A program made the translations under genes and the position numbers. Positions 17,588 through 25,354 of a DNA stretch of 55,305 nucleotides are shown here, piece by piece. The DNA is from Candidatus Amesbacteria bacterium GW2011_GWC1_47_15 (lineage in GTDB: Bacteria; Patescibacteriota; Microgenomatia; CAZETR01; Amesbacteraceae): contig LCNU01000003.1 in NCBI GenBank assembly GCA_001001375.1, positions 1 to 55,305 on the forward strand. The letters are read 5' to 3'. The notes under the pieces are model-generated. The model had not been told where the DNA came from. It did not search any database and saw nothing but the letters and a program-made list of their open reading frames with translations. The first letter of the stretch is position 1, and the number at the start of each line of letters is the position of its first letter.

Positions 17588-18621
17588 GGAGGAGAAAGCC
17601 ATAAACCGATCAAGGCCAGCATGATAGAAACTATCCAAGCCCTCATAACAACTTTAGGCTCCGGCCATCCACGGCTCTGAAGCCAATAATGCAGAGGGGT
17701 AACCGATAATATCCGGCGGGAAAAAAACCTGACGGATAAAAACTGAACCAAATTCGACAACCCATCAAGAAGGAAAACTCCCCCGATAAAAAAAAGCGCG
17801 AAAGTCTTACCCAAGATCAGGGCGGTGACTGCCAGCGTTGCACCGAAAGAAAGACTACCGGCATTTCCCAGCCAAATCCTGGCCGGATAAACATTAAAAT
17901 AGAGAAAAGCAATTAAGGCACCTATCCAAAGTGCAATAAAAACAGAGAGTGACGTATCCAAACTGGATAAAGAAAGAGCCCAAAAGGCAATAAGACATAC
18001 CAACAGGACACCGCCGGAAAGTCCGTCCAGTCCGTCTGTAATGTCAAATGATCGGGTAAAAGTGAATATTACTGTACCCGCCAACGGCACATACATCCAT
18101 CCCAGACGCAAGATTCCGAAATAGGGAATGTTTATTATAGACATTCGGAGATTGGTATAGAGCATCATTGAAGTTAAAAGCGACAAGACAACCAGAAGCG
18201 GTGTCTTGTACATGGCAATGAATCTCTTAAAGTCTTCCCTGGAGAGGCGGAATATTTTTTGAATATCTTCAAAAAGACCCAGCAAACCAAAAGCAATAAA
18301 AGTAAAAAACAATATATTCAGTTCTTCCTTTAACGGAAAGACCGAAGTGACATATACCCCAAACCTGATCAATATCGGAAACAGAATAGCGAAAAGAACA
18401 GATACCGTCATGATGATCAGAATGCCTCCTCCTATCGGGGTTCCAATTTTCCATTTCTGCTGGTTTATGATCTGGGAGAAATCTTTTGATTCCAATTCGC
18501 TGGATGGGGGTAACGGGGTCTGATATGTAAGCTGTAAGCGGTAAAGAATGTCGATAAAAGGGACGATCACCAGTGATGTGATAATGAATGAAAAAAGTAA
18601 TATGCCCAAATATAAGGACAT
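17584..18621 (-). CDS. mraY: MraY-family phospho-MurNAc-pentapeptide transferase (degenerate catalytic motifs)
   Basis: KIGTPIGGG, TDGLDGL, FLYFNVYPARIWLG, GWPEPKVVMR, about 10 TMs, dcw position. The DD, GD.GS and HHH motifs are altered (see findings). Confidence 0.85.
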   Translation of the reverse strand: MSLYLGILLFSFIITSLVIVPFIDILYRLQLTYQTPLPPSSELESKDFSQIINQQKWKIGTPIGGGILIIMTVSVLFAILFPILIRFGVYVTSVFPLKEELNILFFTFIAFGLLGLFEDIQKIFRLSREDFKRFIAMYKTPLLVVLSLLTSMMLYTNLRMSIINIPYFGILRLGWMYVPLAGTVIFTFTRSFDITDGLDGLSGGVLLVCLIAFWALSLSSLDTSLSVFIALWIGALIAFLYFNVYPARIWLGNAGSLSFGATLAVTALILGKTFALFFIGGVFLLDGLSNLVQFLSVRFFSRRILSVTPLHYWLQSRGWPEPKVVMRAWIVSIMLALIGLWLSPP

Positions 18622-18663
18622 AAATCTTAATGTCTAATAATTAACTATTAATATTCAATTTAT
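18622..18663. repeat. Degenerate 7-bp periodic tandem repeat in the dgkA-mraY junction
   Basis: AAATCTT AATGTCT AATAATT AACTATT AATATTC AATTTAT (6 units). Confidence 0.55.
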
Positions 18664-19026
18664 AAAAAGGAGAAGAAGTTTGGGAATAAAGATAAAACCC
18701 GCGACTACGACTGAACCGGCGGCGTAGACCAGCATCGCGGCGGCGGCAGTATCCTTGGCGTGCTTGGCTAACAAATGGTGCTGGTCTGTAAGCAGATCGA
18801 CTACGAATTCTATGGATGTATTGAGTAGCTCGAAACCCAGCCCGGCAGCAATGACAAAAGAAATAGCAGCCCATTCCAGCCTGGAAAGATCCAGAGACAA
18901 ACCTAAAACCACAGCCAGCAGTGAAAGAGTAATATGTACCCGGAAATTAGGCTGTGTGGCTAATGCGGTATATATACCCGAAACGGCATGAGTTACGGAA
19001 ATATGGTGTTTGCGAAAAGCAGTCAT
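18655..19026 (-). CDS. dgkA: DgkA-family diacylglycerol/undecaprenol kinase
   Basis: SVTHAVSGI...QPNFRVH, ELLNTSIEFVVDL, AKHAKDTAAAA; three TMs. Confidence 0.9.
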   Translation of the reverse strand: MTAFRKHHISVTHAVSGIYTALATQPNFRVHITLSLLAVVLGLSLDLSRLEWAAISFVIAAGLGFELLNTSIEFVVDLLTDQHHLLAKHAKDTAAAAMLVYAAGSVVVAGFIFIPKLLLLFIN

Positions 19027-19077
19027 TATTCCGGCAAATACCTAACAGGTTTATTATATAACTTTGACGGTAACGGA

Positions 19078-20763
19078 CTATAACCTGGGTGGGATTCTGT
19101 AATAACGGAATAGTTCCCGGGCAATGTCAAACCATAAAGGAGCGGCAGTAGTACTTCCCCAGGGGGAGGTCTGCGGGTCACGAAGCGTGACCAGCATAGT
19201 AAATTTGGGGGCATCGGCCGGGGCAAAACCTATAAAAGAGGATACAGTCTTATCCTTATCGTAATGGCCCTGAATAGGTACCTGGGCGGTGCCAGTCTTA
19301 CCTGCAATCAGAAATCCCTGCGGTTTGTAATAGCGTACCTCCCCTTTTTCAACTCCATTAATCATCATGGTGGTGACGGCTGCCGCCGCTTGAGGAGATA
19401 TTACCTGGCGGCGACGGACAGGCGGCTGGTTCTTAATTTCCCTACCCTGTGATATCCCCGTGACTACTTTGGGAGGAATAAGTTTACCCAGATTCGCCAG
19501 GGCATTTACCGCCGTCAGCATTTGAATTCTGGTGACCGCTATTCCCTGACCAAAAGCCGCGGTTGCGATATCGATATCTCTCCATTCATCTTCGGGGCGA
19601 AGAGTCGGTGAGTCTTCCTCCTGAAGGTCGATGCCAGTTTTCTCTCCGAAACCGAATTTACTGATAGACTGCAGCATTTTCTTCTTTCCCAACTGCCGGC
19701 TGACAAATACCATGCCTACGTTATCCGAGTGCAGGATGACTTCCGACATGGTGCTGCCGGGATAATATTTGTCATTCCAGCTGCGGACTGTCTGGTCGAA
19801 TATGGTTACCGGACCTGAACAGGTGCCACACACCGTATCCGGTTTGACAACCCCGGCGTCAAGGGCAGACGCCATGATTACTACTTTAAATGTCGATCCG
19901 GGTTCGAATCCTTCTGAAACAATCGGGTTGGTGTAGGTCTCTGAAGGATAATTTGAAAACTTGGCGGGATCATATCCCGGCAGACTAGCCATGGCTAATA
20001 TTTTTCCGGTTTCCGATTCCATGATTGAAACTGTACCCGAAGCGGCCTGATATTTTTCCAGCCCCTCCTGCAATTTGGTGTATGCAATATACAGGACGGT
20101 ACGGTCAATGGAAGTAATCAGGGACTGGCCGTTTTGCGGGGGGATCCTGTTTCTGTCCGCGATAAGAATGGGGTGGCCAAATGCGTCGATTTCCTGAACC
20201 AGTTTACCCGGTTTGCCGGAAAGCAGCCGGTCGTAATAGCCTTCCAACCCAAAGTATCCCTTGGGATAGCCTTGTTCGTCCTTTCCGACAAAGCCTGTCA
20301 GGTAACCGCTGGGGCTGCCTTCCGGATAAAGACGGGACGGATCCAATTCCAGACCTATTCCGGCAAGATTTAATTTCCTGATCTTTTCCGCTGCATCCGC
20401 CGGGACTGAGCGGGAGACAGCCTTCCAGGCGTATTCTCCCGAAATTGCTTCTTCCAAATTCCTGCGGGCACTATCACTAGCAGGGAGAATATCAGCCAGG
20501 TCTGAGACGACAGATTTGTCGGCTGAAAATTCCCTGGGGTTTATAAATAACAGGTAATTTTCCAGATTTGTAACCAATGGGAATCCGTCTGAAGCCCTGA
20601 TTTCCCCCCGGGCAGCCGGTATGACAGTAGATCGGGAATATTGATCGGCAGCCTGACGCTTTATTACGGATGACCTGAAAACCTGAAGATAAAACAGGCG
20701 TGACAAAAGAACTACAGTCCAAAATAAAAAAACCACTTTCAGGAGACTGATTCTGCCTTTCAT
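19078..20763 (-). CDS. ftsI: Class B penicillin-binding protein (FtsI/PBP2-type transpeptidase)
   Basis: ARGEI, RLYPEG, GLEGYYD, EPGSTFK (SxxK), HSDNVG (SxN), GKTGTAQ (KTG). Confidence 0.92.
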   Translation of the reverse strand: MKGRISLLKVVFLFWTVVLLSRLFYLQVFRSSVIKRQAADQYSRSTVIPAARGEIRASDGFPLVTNLENYLLFINPREFSADKSVVSDLADILPASDSARRNLEEAISGEYAWKAVSRSVPADAAEKIRKLNLAGIGLELDPSRLYPEGSPSGYLTGFVGKDEQGYPKGYFGLEGYYDRLLSGKPGKLVQEIDAFGHPILIADRNRIPPQNGQSLITSIDRTVLYIAYTKLQEGLEKYQAASGTVSIMESETGKILAMASLPGYDPAKFSNYPSETYTNPIVSEGFEPGSTFKVVIMASALDAGVVKPDTVCGTCSGPVTIFDQTVRSWNDKYYPGSTMSEVILHSDNVGMVFVSRQLGKKKMLQSISKFGFGEKTGIDLQEEDSPTLRPEDEWRDIDIATAAFGQGIAVTRIQMLTAVNALANLGKLIPPKVVTGISQGREIKNQPPVRRRQVISPQAAAAVTTMMINGVEKGEVRYYKPQGFLIAGKTGTAQVPIQGHYDKDKTVSSFIGFAPADAPKFTMLVTLRDPQTSPWGSTTAAPLWFDIARELFRYYRIPPRL

Positions 20764-21059
20764 GGCTGACCTGTATTTGCGGTCGAGTGAGCCTGTGCTA
20801 CCGGTAATGGCGTGAGGTAGGATGTCTTTGCCGGAACAAAGTTTAAGGCTGCAGCTGATTGGAGTACACTTTGAGTCGAAGACAGAGTGTATATATCCGA
20901 TTTAAGACGGTAATTTTCCATACCGACGGCAGACAGCTCCTGTTCCATAACTGACAGGGTATCCCCATCCGTCGCGCGACGACTTGACAGCCAGAACTGA
21001 GCGGAAAGCAAACTAATATTAAGGATCACCGCCAGGGTGACATATTTTCGGGTATTCAT
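20760..21059 (-). CDS. FtsL-like small bitopic protein
   Basis: One TM plus coiled coil (ENYRLKSDI); sits between rsmH and ftsI with overlapping stop/start codons. Confidence 0.6.
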   Translation of the reverse strand: MNTRKYVTLAVILNISLLSAQFWLSSRRATDGDTLSVMEQELSAVGMENYRLKSDIYTLSSTQSVLQSAAALNFVPAKTSYLTPLPVAQAHSTANTGQP

Positions 21060-21907
21060 ATTTTTAAAATTGATCTCAACTTGGCACTTTTTGAATAAGG
21101 ATTGGCAAGGGTTTCGGCTTCCTGCGCAGCCACCGGCCGGGGAGTCAAAACGGTCCCCAAACCTGATGTTTCCCAGTCTTTAAATTGCTGTTTCACAATC
21201 CGGTCTTCCAGGGAATGGAAGCTGATAACTACCAGTCTTCCTTCCGGCTCTAAAATTTCCCAAGCCTGCGGCAGGGAGGATGACAGTGCCGATAACTCAT
21301 CGTTTACAGCAATACGCAGTGCCTGAAAGGCCTTTCGTTTCAGTTGCGGTGAAGGGCCGATTATTCTTGCCAATTTCCCGGTGGTTTCCACGGGGCGGGA
21401 TGCGACAATTTTTTCAGCCAATCCCCGGCTGTTGTTTACCTGACCGAATTCGCGAAAAAGCAGCGCCAGAGCTTTTGCGGGCAGAAAATTTACCAAATCG
21501 GCGGCAGAATTGGGCACATCCGGATCCATACGCATATCCAGCGGGCCCTGGAGCTGAAAAGAAAATCCCCGTTGGGGTACGGCAAACTGATGCTGAGAAA
21601 CCCCCAAGTCAAAAATAACCCCGGAGGCAGGAACCCAGATGTGTTCCCGGGCAATATCTGACAGATGAGTAAAACTTGCTTTGACCAGAACCAAGCGACC
21701 GGTACGTACGTATTCTCCGTACGTGCCAAGGCAGGCTGCGATCGCTTCCGGATCCTGATCAATACCTAGCACCAGACCGCCGTTTTTCAGAATTTCGCCG
21801 GTATGGCCCCCGCCGCCGACAGTGGCGTCTATAAAACGCATGCCGGGACGGATATTCAAAAAGTGACAAGCTGTATGTAAAAGTGCGGACTTGTGATAAA
21901 TGCCCAT
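21056..21907 (-). CDS. rsmH: 16S rRNA m4C1402 methyltransferase RsmH (MraW)
   Basis: IDATVGGGGH, FDLGVS, RGFSF, PLDMRMD, FQALRIAVNDEL, ISFHSLEDRIVK, SAKLR. Confidence 0.97.
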   Translation of the reverse strand: MGIYHKSALLHTACHFLNIRPGMRFIDATVGGGGHTGEILKNGGLVLGIDQDPEAIAACLGTYGEYVRTGRLVLVKASFTHLSDIAREHIWVPASGVIFDLGVSQHQFAVPQRGFSFQLQGPLDMRMDPDVPNSAADLVNFLPAKALALLFREFGQVNNSRGLAEKIVASRPVETTGKLARIIGPSPQLKRKAFQALRIAVNDELSALSSSLPQAWEILEPEGRLVVISFHSLEDRIVKQQFKDWETSGLGTVLTPRPVAAQEAETLANPYSKSAKLRSILKI

Positions 21908-21913
21908 GCTTTG

Positions 21914-22345
21914 TTAAATTCCGGACTCAGAAAGCTTTTCAGCGATCTCTTCCGCCCTGGAATTTATTTGGGCAGTGTATTTTTCGAATTTTGATTTATC
22001 CCAAAGTTCAATCCTTTCCACTGCTCCGGCAAAAACGCAGTCGGAATGAATTCCGGCGAATTTCCTCAGATACTCCGGGAGGAGAATCCGGCCCTGGCCG
22101 TCGATTTCCACTTCGGCCGCACCGTAACTGAGAGACCGGGTGAAACCCCGGGCGTCCGTGCTTGTCAAAGGAAGACGGGATAATTTTTGAATGAGCAGTT
22201 CCCATGAAGCTTTGGGGTAGAGAAAAAGACAGCCGTCTAACCCCTGGCTGATTACCGCCCCATCGGACAGCTGGGAACGAAATTTTTTAGGTATTGATAA
22301 TCGACCTTTTTCTTCAAGATGGTGCTCATACTGGCCGATAAACAT
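21914..22345 (-). CDS. mraZ: Division/cell-wall cluster repressor MraZ
   Basis: MFIGQYEHHLEEKGRLSIP...IDGQGRILLP...RIELW; 143 aa from ATG 22345. Confidence 0.96.
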   Translation of the reverse strand: MFIGQYEHHLEEKGRLSIPKKFRSQLSDGAVISQGLDGCLFLYPKASWELLIQKLSRLPLTSTDARGFTRSLSYGAAEVEIDGQGRILLPEYLRKFAGIHSDCVFAGAVERIELWDKSKFEKYTAQINSRAEEIAEKLSESGI

Positions 22346-22357
22346 AATTAAGTGGTT

Positions 22358-22410
22358 TACCACTTTATACCACTTTGTACCACTATGCTCCATTTTCACG
22401 GAGGTGTCAA
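22358..22410 (-). promoter_or_regulatory. mraZ promoter with MraZ-binding direct repeats
   Basis: Minus strand has (AT/AA)AGTGGTA three times at 10-bp period (22386-22358) plus a degenerate fourth; TTGACA (22410-22405), 17 nt, CATAGT. Matches known GTGG-type MraZ boxes. Confidence 0.8.
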
Positions 22411-22434
22411 GACCAACAAGACCCGAAAAATCAG

Positions 22435-22471
22435 TTGCATATACTCTTGAATAGGCTTATAATATTCAAGA
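22435..22471 (+). promoter_or_regulatory. Sigma70 promoter overlapped by a 9-bp inverted repeat
   Basis: TTGCAT (22435-22440), 17 nt, TATAAT (22458-22463), ATG 7 nt later; TCTTGAATA-N9-TATTCAAGA at 22445-22471. Confidence 0.65.
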
Positions 22472-22887
22472 TGAATAACCGAGAGCGGGAAAAACTTTTC
22501 AGATCCTGGGTATTGGTTGGGATTTTGGCAATTGCTTTAGTTGCCTGTGCTCAAGCAAAACCGGCAGAGTCGTTACGAATCGAAGTTACTAAATGGCAGG
22601 AATGCTCCGTAATATTGGGAACAACAGACTTTTTAGATAAAACGCATGAAGCAAAAGAACGTTCTTACAGTGATGAACCATTATGCCCTAAGCCGGGTAA
22701 TAATGAGGTGGTATTTGGAGACCCAAGTATGACATACGGTTATGACTATAAAATCCTGGAAGGGCAGTATAAAGGTTTTAAAGATGATTGTTATGTTCAG
22801 GGAGCGAATAAAGAATTATGGTACCTGATTCAGAATGGAAAAACAACGACAGACGGCCGCCATCCTTGTTTTATTTATTATCACTAG
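22471..22887 (+). CDS. Hypothetical exported protein, putative lipoprotein
   Basis: Basic N-terminus, hydrophobic h-region ending LVAC (lipobox-like), further Cys residues; start chosen from the promoter position. Confidence 0.6.
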   Translation: MNNREREKLFRSWVLVGILAIALVACAQAKPAESLRIEVTKWQECSVILGTTDFLDKTHEAKERSYSDEPLCPKPGNNEVVFGDPSMTYGYDYKILEGQYKGFKDDCYVQGANKELWYLIQNGKTTTDGRHPCFIYYH

Positions 22888-22900
22888 TAATTAGAAGGGG

Positions 22901-23401
22901 TTATTGAGGTGTGAGATCTACGGAGCCGCCGGGGACTACTTCGAAGGGATAGGTCGCGGAGAAGACAGAGCGGTTTTGGGCGTCGCGAAGGGTCAGCTCC
23001 ATAATCGCGTCCGTAATCCCCTCGTGATATGTGAATTTACCGCTGCTTTCGCTTCCCAGCAGTTGTTCCTGGGAATACTCCGTCTTGCCTTCCATTTTGG
23101 CGGAGGCATTAACCCCGGACTGGATCCGGTTGCCTTTGACGGTGGCGGAATAAATCAGGTTATACTCCACCTGATCGGCCTGAATATTGGTGATATTTAC
23201 GGTCACGTAGTGAGCCGCTTTATCAAACTCCAAAGCCGCTTTGGGCTGTTTTTCCGCCGGAAGCTGCTCGGCAGTACCGTAGTCAGGTGTGGGAGTGGGC
23301 TGACCGGAGCCCGGAGACGACCTACTGCGCATTATGAAAAAACCGCTACCCAACAGCAAGAGCACCAGGACGGCAATGGCGGCAATTAAGGCAGGTTTCA
23401 T
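22901..23401 (-). CDS. Hypothetical membrane-anchored protein
   Basis: N-terminal TM, GQPTPTP linker, beta-rich domain (VEYNLIY...LLGSESSGKFTYHEG); starts 6 bp after the glyS stop. Confidence 0.7.
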   Translation of the reverse strand: MKPALIAAIAVLVLLLLGSGFFIMRSRSSPGSGQPTPTPDYGTAEQLPAEKQPKAALEFDKAAHYVTVNITNIQADQVEYNLIYSATVKGNRIQSGVNASAKMEGKTEYSQEQLLGSESSGKFTYHEGITDAIMELTLRDAQNRSVFSATYPFEVVPGGSVDLTPQ

Positions 23402-23407
23402 GCCAGT

Positions 23408-24697
23408 TTATGTTAACTTTTGGGTGAAGTAAGTGTCAAGTTGACTGACATTGATCCGTTCCTGGGAAGCAGTATCCCTGTCCCGGACTGTAACAGTACC
23501 GTCCTCCAGAGTCTGATAGTCCACGGTAATACACCAGGGAGTGCCGATTTCGTCCTGGGAGTAGTAGCGTTTGCCGATGTTACCGCGGTCGTCAAAGACA
23601 GCACTAAGTCTAAGTTTTAGTCTTAGCTCAGAATAAATTTCTTTGGCCTTGGTGACGAGGTCCGGTTTGTTGGCTACCAGGGGAAAAACAGCGACCTTGT
23701 AAGGGGCAAGTTTGGGATGGAGCTTTAAAATCACCCTGCCCCCTTCCTCGGCATATGCATCCAGCAAAAACGCCAGCGCTGCCCTGCCGACACCGACGGA
23801 AGGCTCTATAACATAAGGGAAATATTTATCCCCGGTATCTGGTTCGGTGTAGCTTAAATCTCTTCCGGAATACTTGGAGTGCTGTTTTAAGTCGTAGTCT
23901 CCCCTATTGGCAACGCCTTCCAACTCCCCCCAATCTATAAACGGCCAATGGTACCAGATCTCAGCGGTCCCCCGGGAATAGTGGGCGATATCTTCCTTTG
24001 GCAATTCGACCAGCTTGATGTTTTCCGGCTTTATCCCCAAATCCGTGAACCATTGGAGACGCTCCTTTTGCCAGAATTCATGCCATTTTTTATCCTCACC
24101 GGGTTTGACGAAAAATTCCAGTTCCAGCATTTCGAATTCACGCACCCGGAAGAGAAAATTGCCTGTGGTGATCTCGTTTCTAAAACCCTTCCCTATTTGG
24201 GCAATACCAAAGGGCACACGAACGCGGGTGGATGAGAGAACATTACCGAAATTGATGAAGATACCCTGGGCTGTTTCCGGCCGCAGGTAGACCCGGTCCC
24301 CTTTGTCCTCAACGGGACCGACATCTGTTTTGAACATGGTATTGAAAGTCCGGGGAGGGAGGAACTTGTGGGTATGATCGGAATCTTTTTCGGGAGCCAT
24401 GTCGCTTCGGAAACGCCGGTGGCAGATTTCGCATTCCACCAGTTCATCCACAAAGGATTCCACATGCCCGGAGGCCTCCCAGACCCGGGAATTGTAAAGA
24501 ACAGAGGAATCAAGGAAGACTATATCCCCACGGGCGGAAAGGTGACTGACCCACTCTGATTTGATATTTTCCTTCAGAAGCACTCCTGCCGGGCCGAAGT
24601 CCCAAGTACCATTCAGGCCGCCGTAGATCTCTGAGCCGGGAAAGACATAACCCCTCCGTTTGGCCAGGCTGACAACTTTTTCCATTAAATCCGCCAC
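23408..24697 (-). CDS. glyS: Glycine--tRNA ligase (homodimeric alpha2, archaeal/eukaryotic type)
   Basis: KRRGYVFPGSEIYGG, YLRPETAQGIF, FRNEITTGNFLFRVREFE, ELEGVANR, VIEPSVGVGR, IGKRYYSQDEIGTP. Confidence 0.96.
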   Translation of the reverse strand: MADLMEKVVSLAKRRGYVFPGSEIYGGLNGTWDFGPAGVLLKENIKSEWVSHLSARGDIVFLDSSVLYNSRVWEASGHVESFVDELVECEICHRRFRSDMAPEKDSDHTHKFLPPRTFNTMFKTDVGPVEDKGDRVYLRPETAQGIFINFGNVLSSTRVRVPFGIAQIGKGFRNEITTGNFLFRVREFEMLELEFFVKPGEDKKWHEFWQKERLQWFTDLGIKPENIKLVELPKEDIAHYSRGTAEIWYHWPFIDWGELEGVANRGDYDLKQHSKYSGRDLSYTEPDTGDKYFPYVIEPSVGVGRAALAFLLDAYAEEGGRVILKLHPKLAPYKVAVFPLVANKPDLVTKAKEIYSELRLKLRLSAVFDDRGNIGKRYYSQDEIGTPWCITVDYQTLEDGTVTVRDRDTASQERINVSQLDTYFTQKLT

Positions 24698-24796
24698 TGA
24701 AGCAATTATACAACCCGGTTATTTCAGTCGGGAAGGGAGTTTAACCGACTTTCAATCATTTTTTTAGTAGTCAATTGTCACGGTCGTGAAATTTGA

Positions 24797-25354
24797 CTAC
24801 TGGCGGGGACTTAATTTTTTTAATAATTTTACGGAGTTTATGGGGCGTTCGGATAACTGTTCGATATAGTCTTTGATATTCATTTCCGGCTTAATCCCGG
24901 GGTCCAGGAATCCCAATTCGATGACGATCCGGGTCAGCCAGCTGTCCACAGTTTCCTGCCAGTCATCCGAAAGTGAAGATATCTGACTTAAGAAACTTTC
25001 CAGCAATTCAAAAATTCCGGGATGCGGCTGTCTGTCCGGGGTGAGCTTGTCTATCGTCTCGCATAGCTGATAAGCAATGACTATCCGGCCTAAAAATTTG
25101 CGCCAGGATGAATAGGCATCCAATACTTCCACCTCCGTCAATATATCCAGATCGGAATGGCCCCGAGCTACACCAGCCTTAACCCGATTGAACAATTCCA
25201 GAGAACCGGCACGCCGGGAATTGGATTGCCTGACACCTTTAGCCTTGAGGGAAATTTTCCCTTTGGACCTGGAAAACAAAGTAATTATCCTGTCAGCCTC
25301 GCCCTGATCCCGGCGTTTAATAATAATTCCTTCAACCTTATAACCGCGCATCAA
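24797..25354 (-). CDS. recO: DNA repair protein RecO (short form)
   Basis: EGIIIKRRDQGEADRIITLFS..KGKI...AKGVR..SRRAGSLELF; no Zn-finger or long C-terminal region. Confidence 0.88.
   Translation of the reverse strand: MMRGYKVEGIIIKRRDQGEADRIITLFSRSKGKISLKAKGVRQSNSRRAGSLELFNRVKAGVARGHSDLDILTEVEVLDAYSSWRKFLGRIVIAYQLCETIDKLTPDRQPHPGIFELLESFLSQISSLSDDWQETVDSWLTRIVIELGFLDPGIKPEMNIKDYIEQLSERPINSVKLLKKLSPRQ

Noticed and set aside
19026..19226. 66-aa ORF bridging ftsI and dgkA
   Set aside because: Mostly an alternate frame of the ftsI 3' end, with no motif; the gap looks like a promoter region.
22358..22396. 10-bp periodic repeats considered as a mini-CRISPR or iteron array
   Set aside because: Too short, no spacers or cas genes; fully explained as MraZ boxes.
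22346..22470. Upstream extensions of mraZ (to 22399) and of the lipoprotein ORF (to 22375)
   Set aside because: They translate operator and promoter DNA; the canonical starts are 22345 and 22471.
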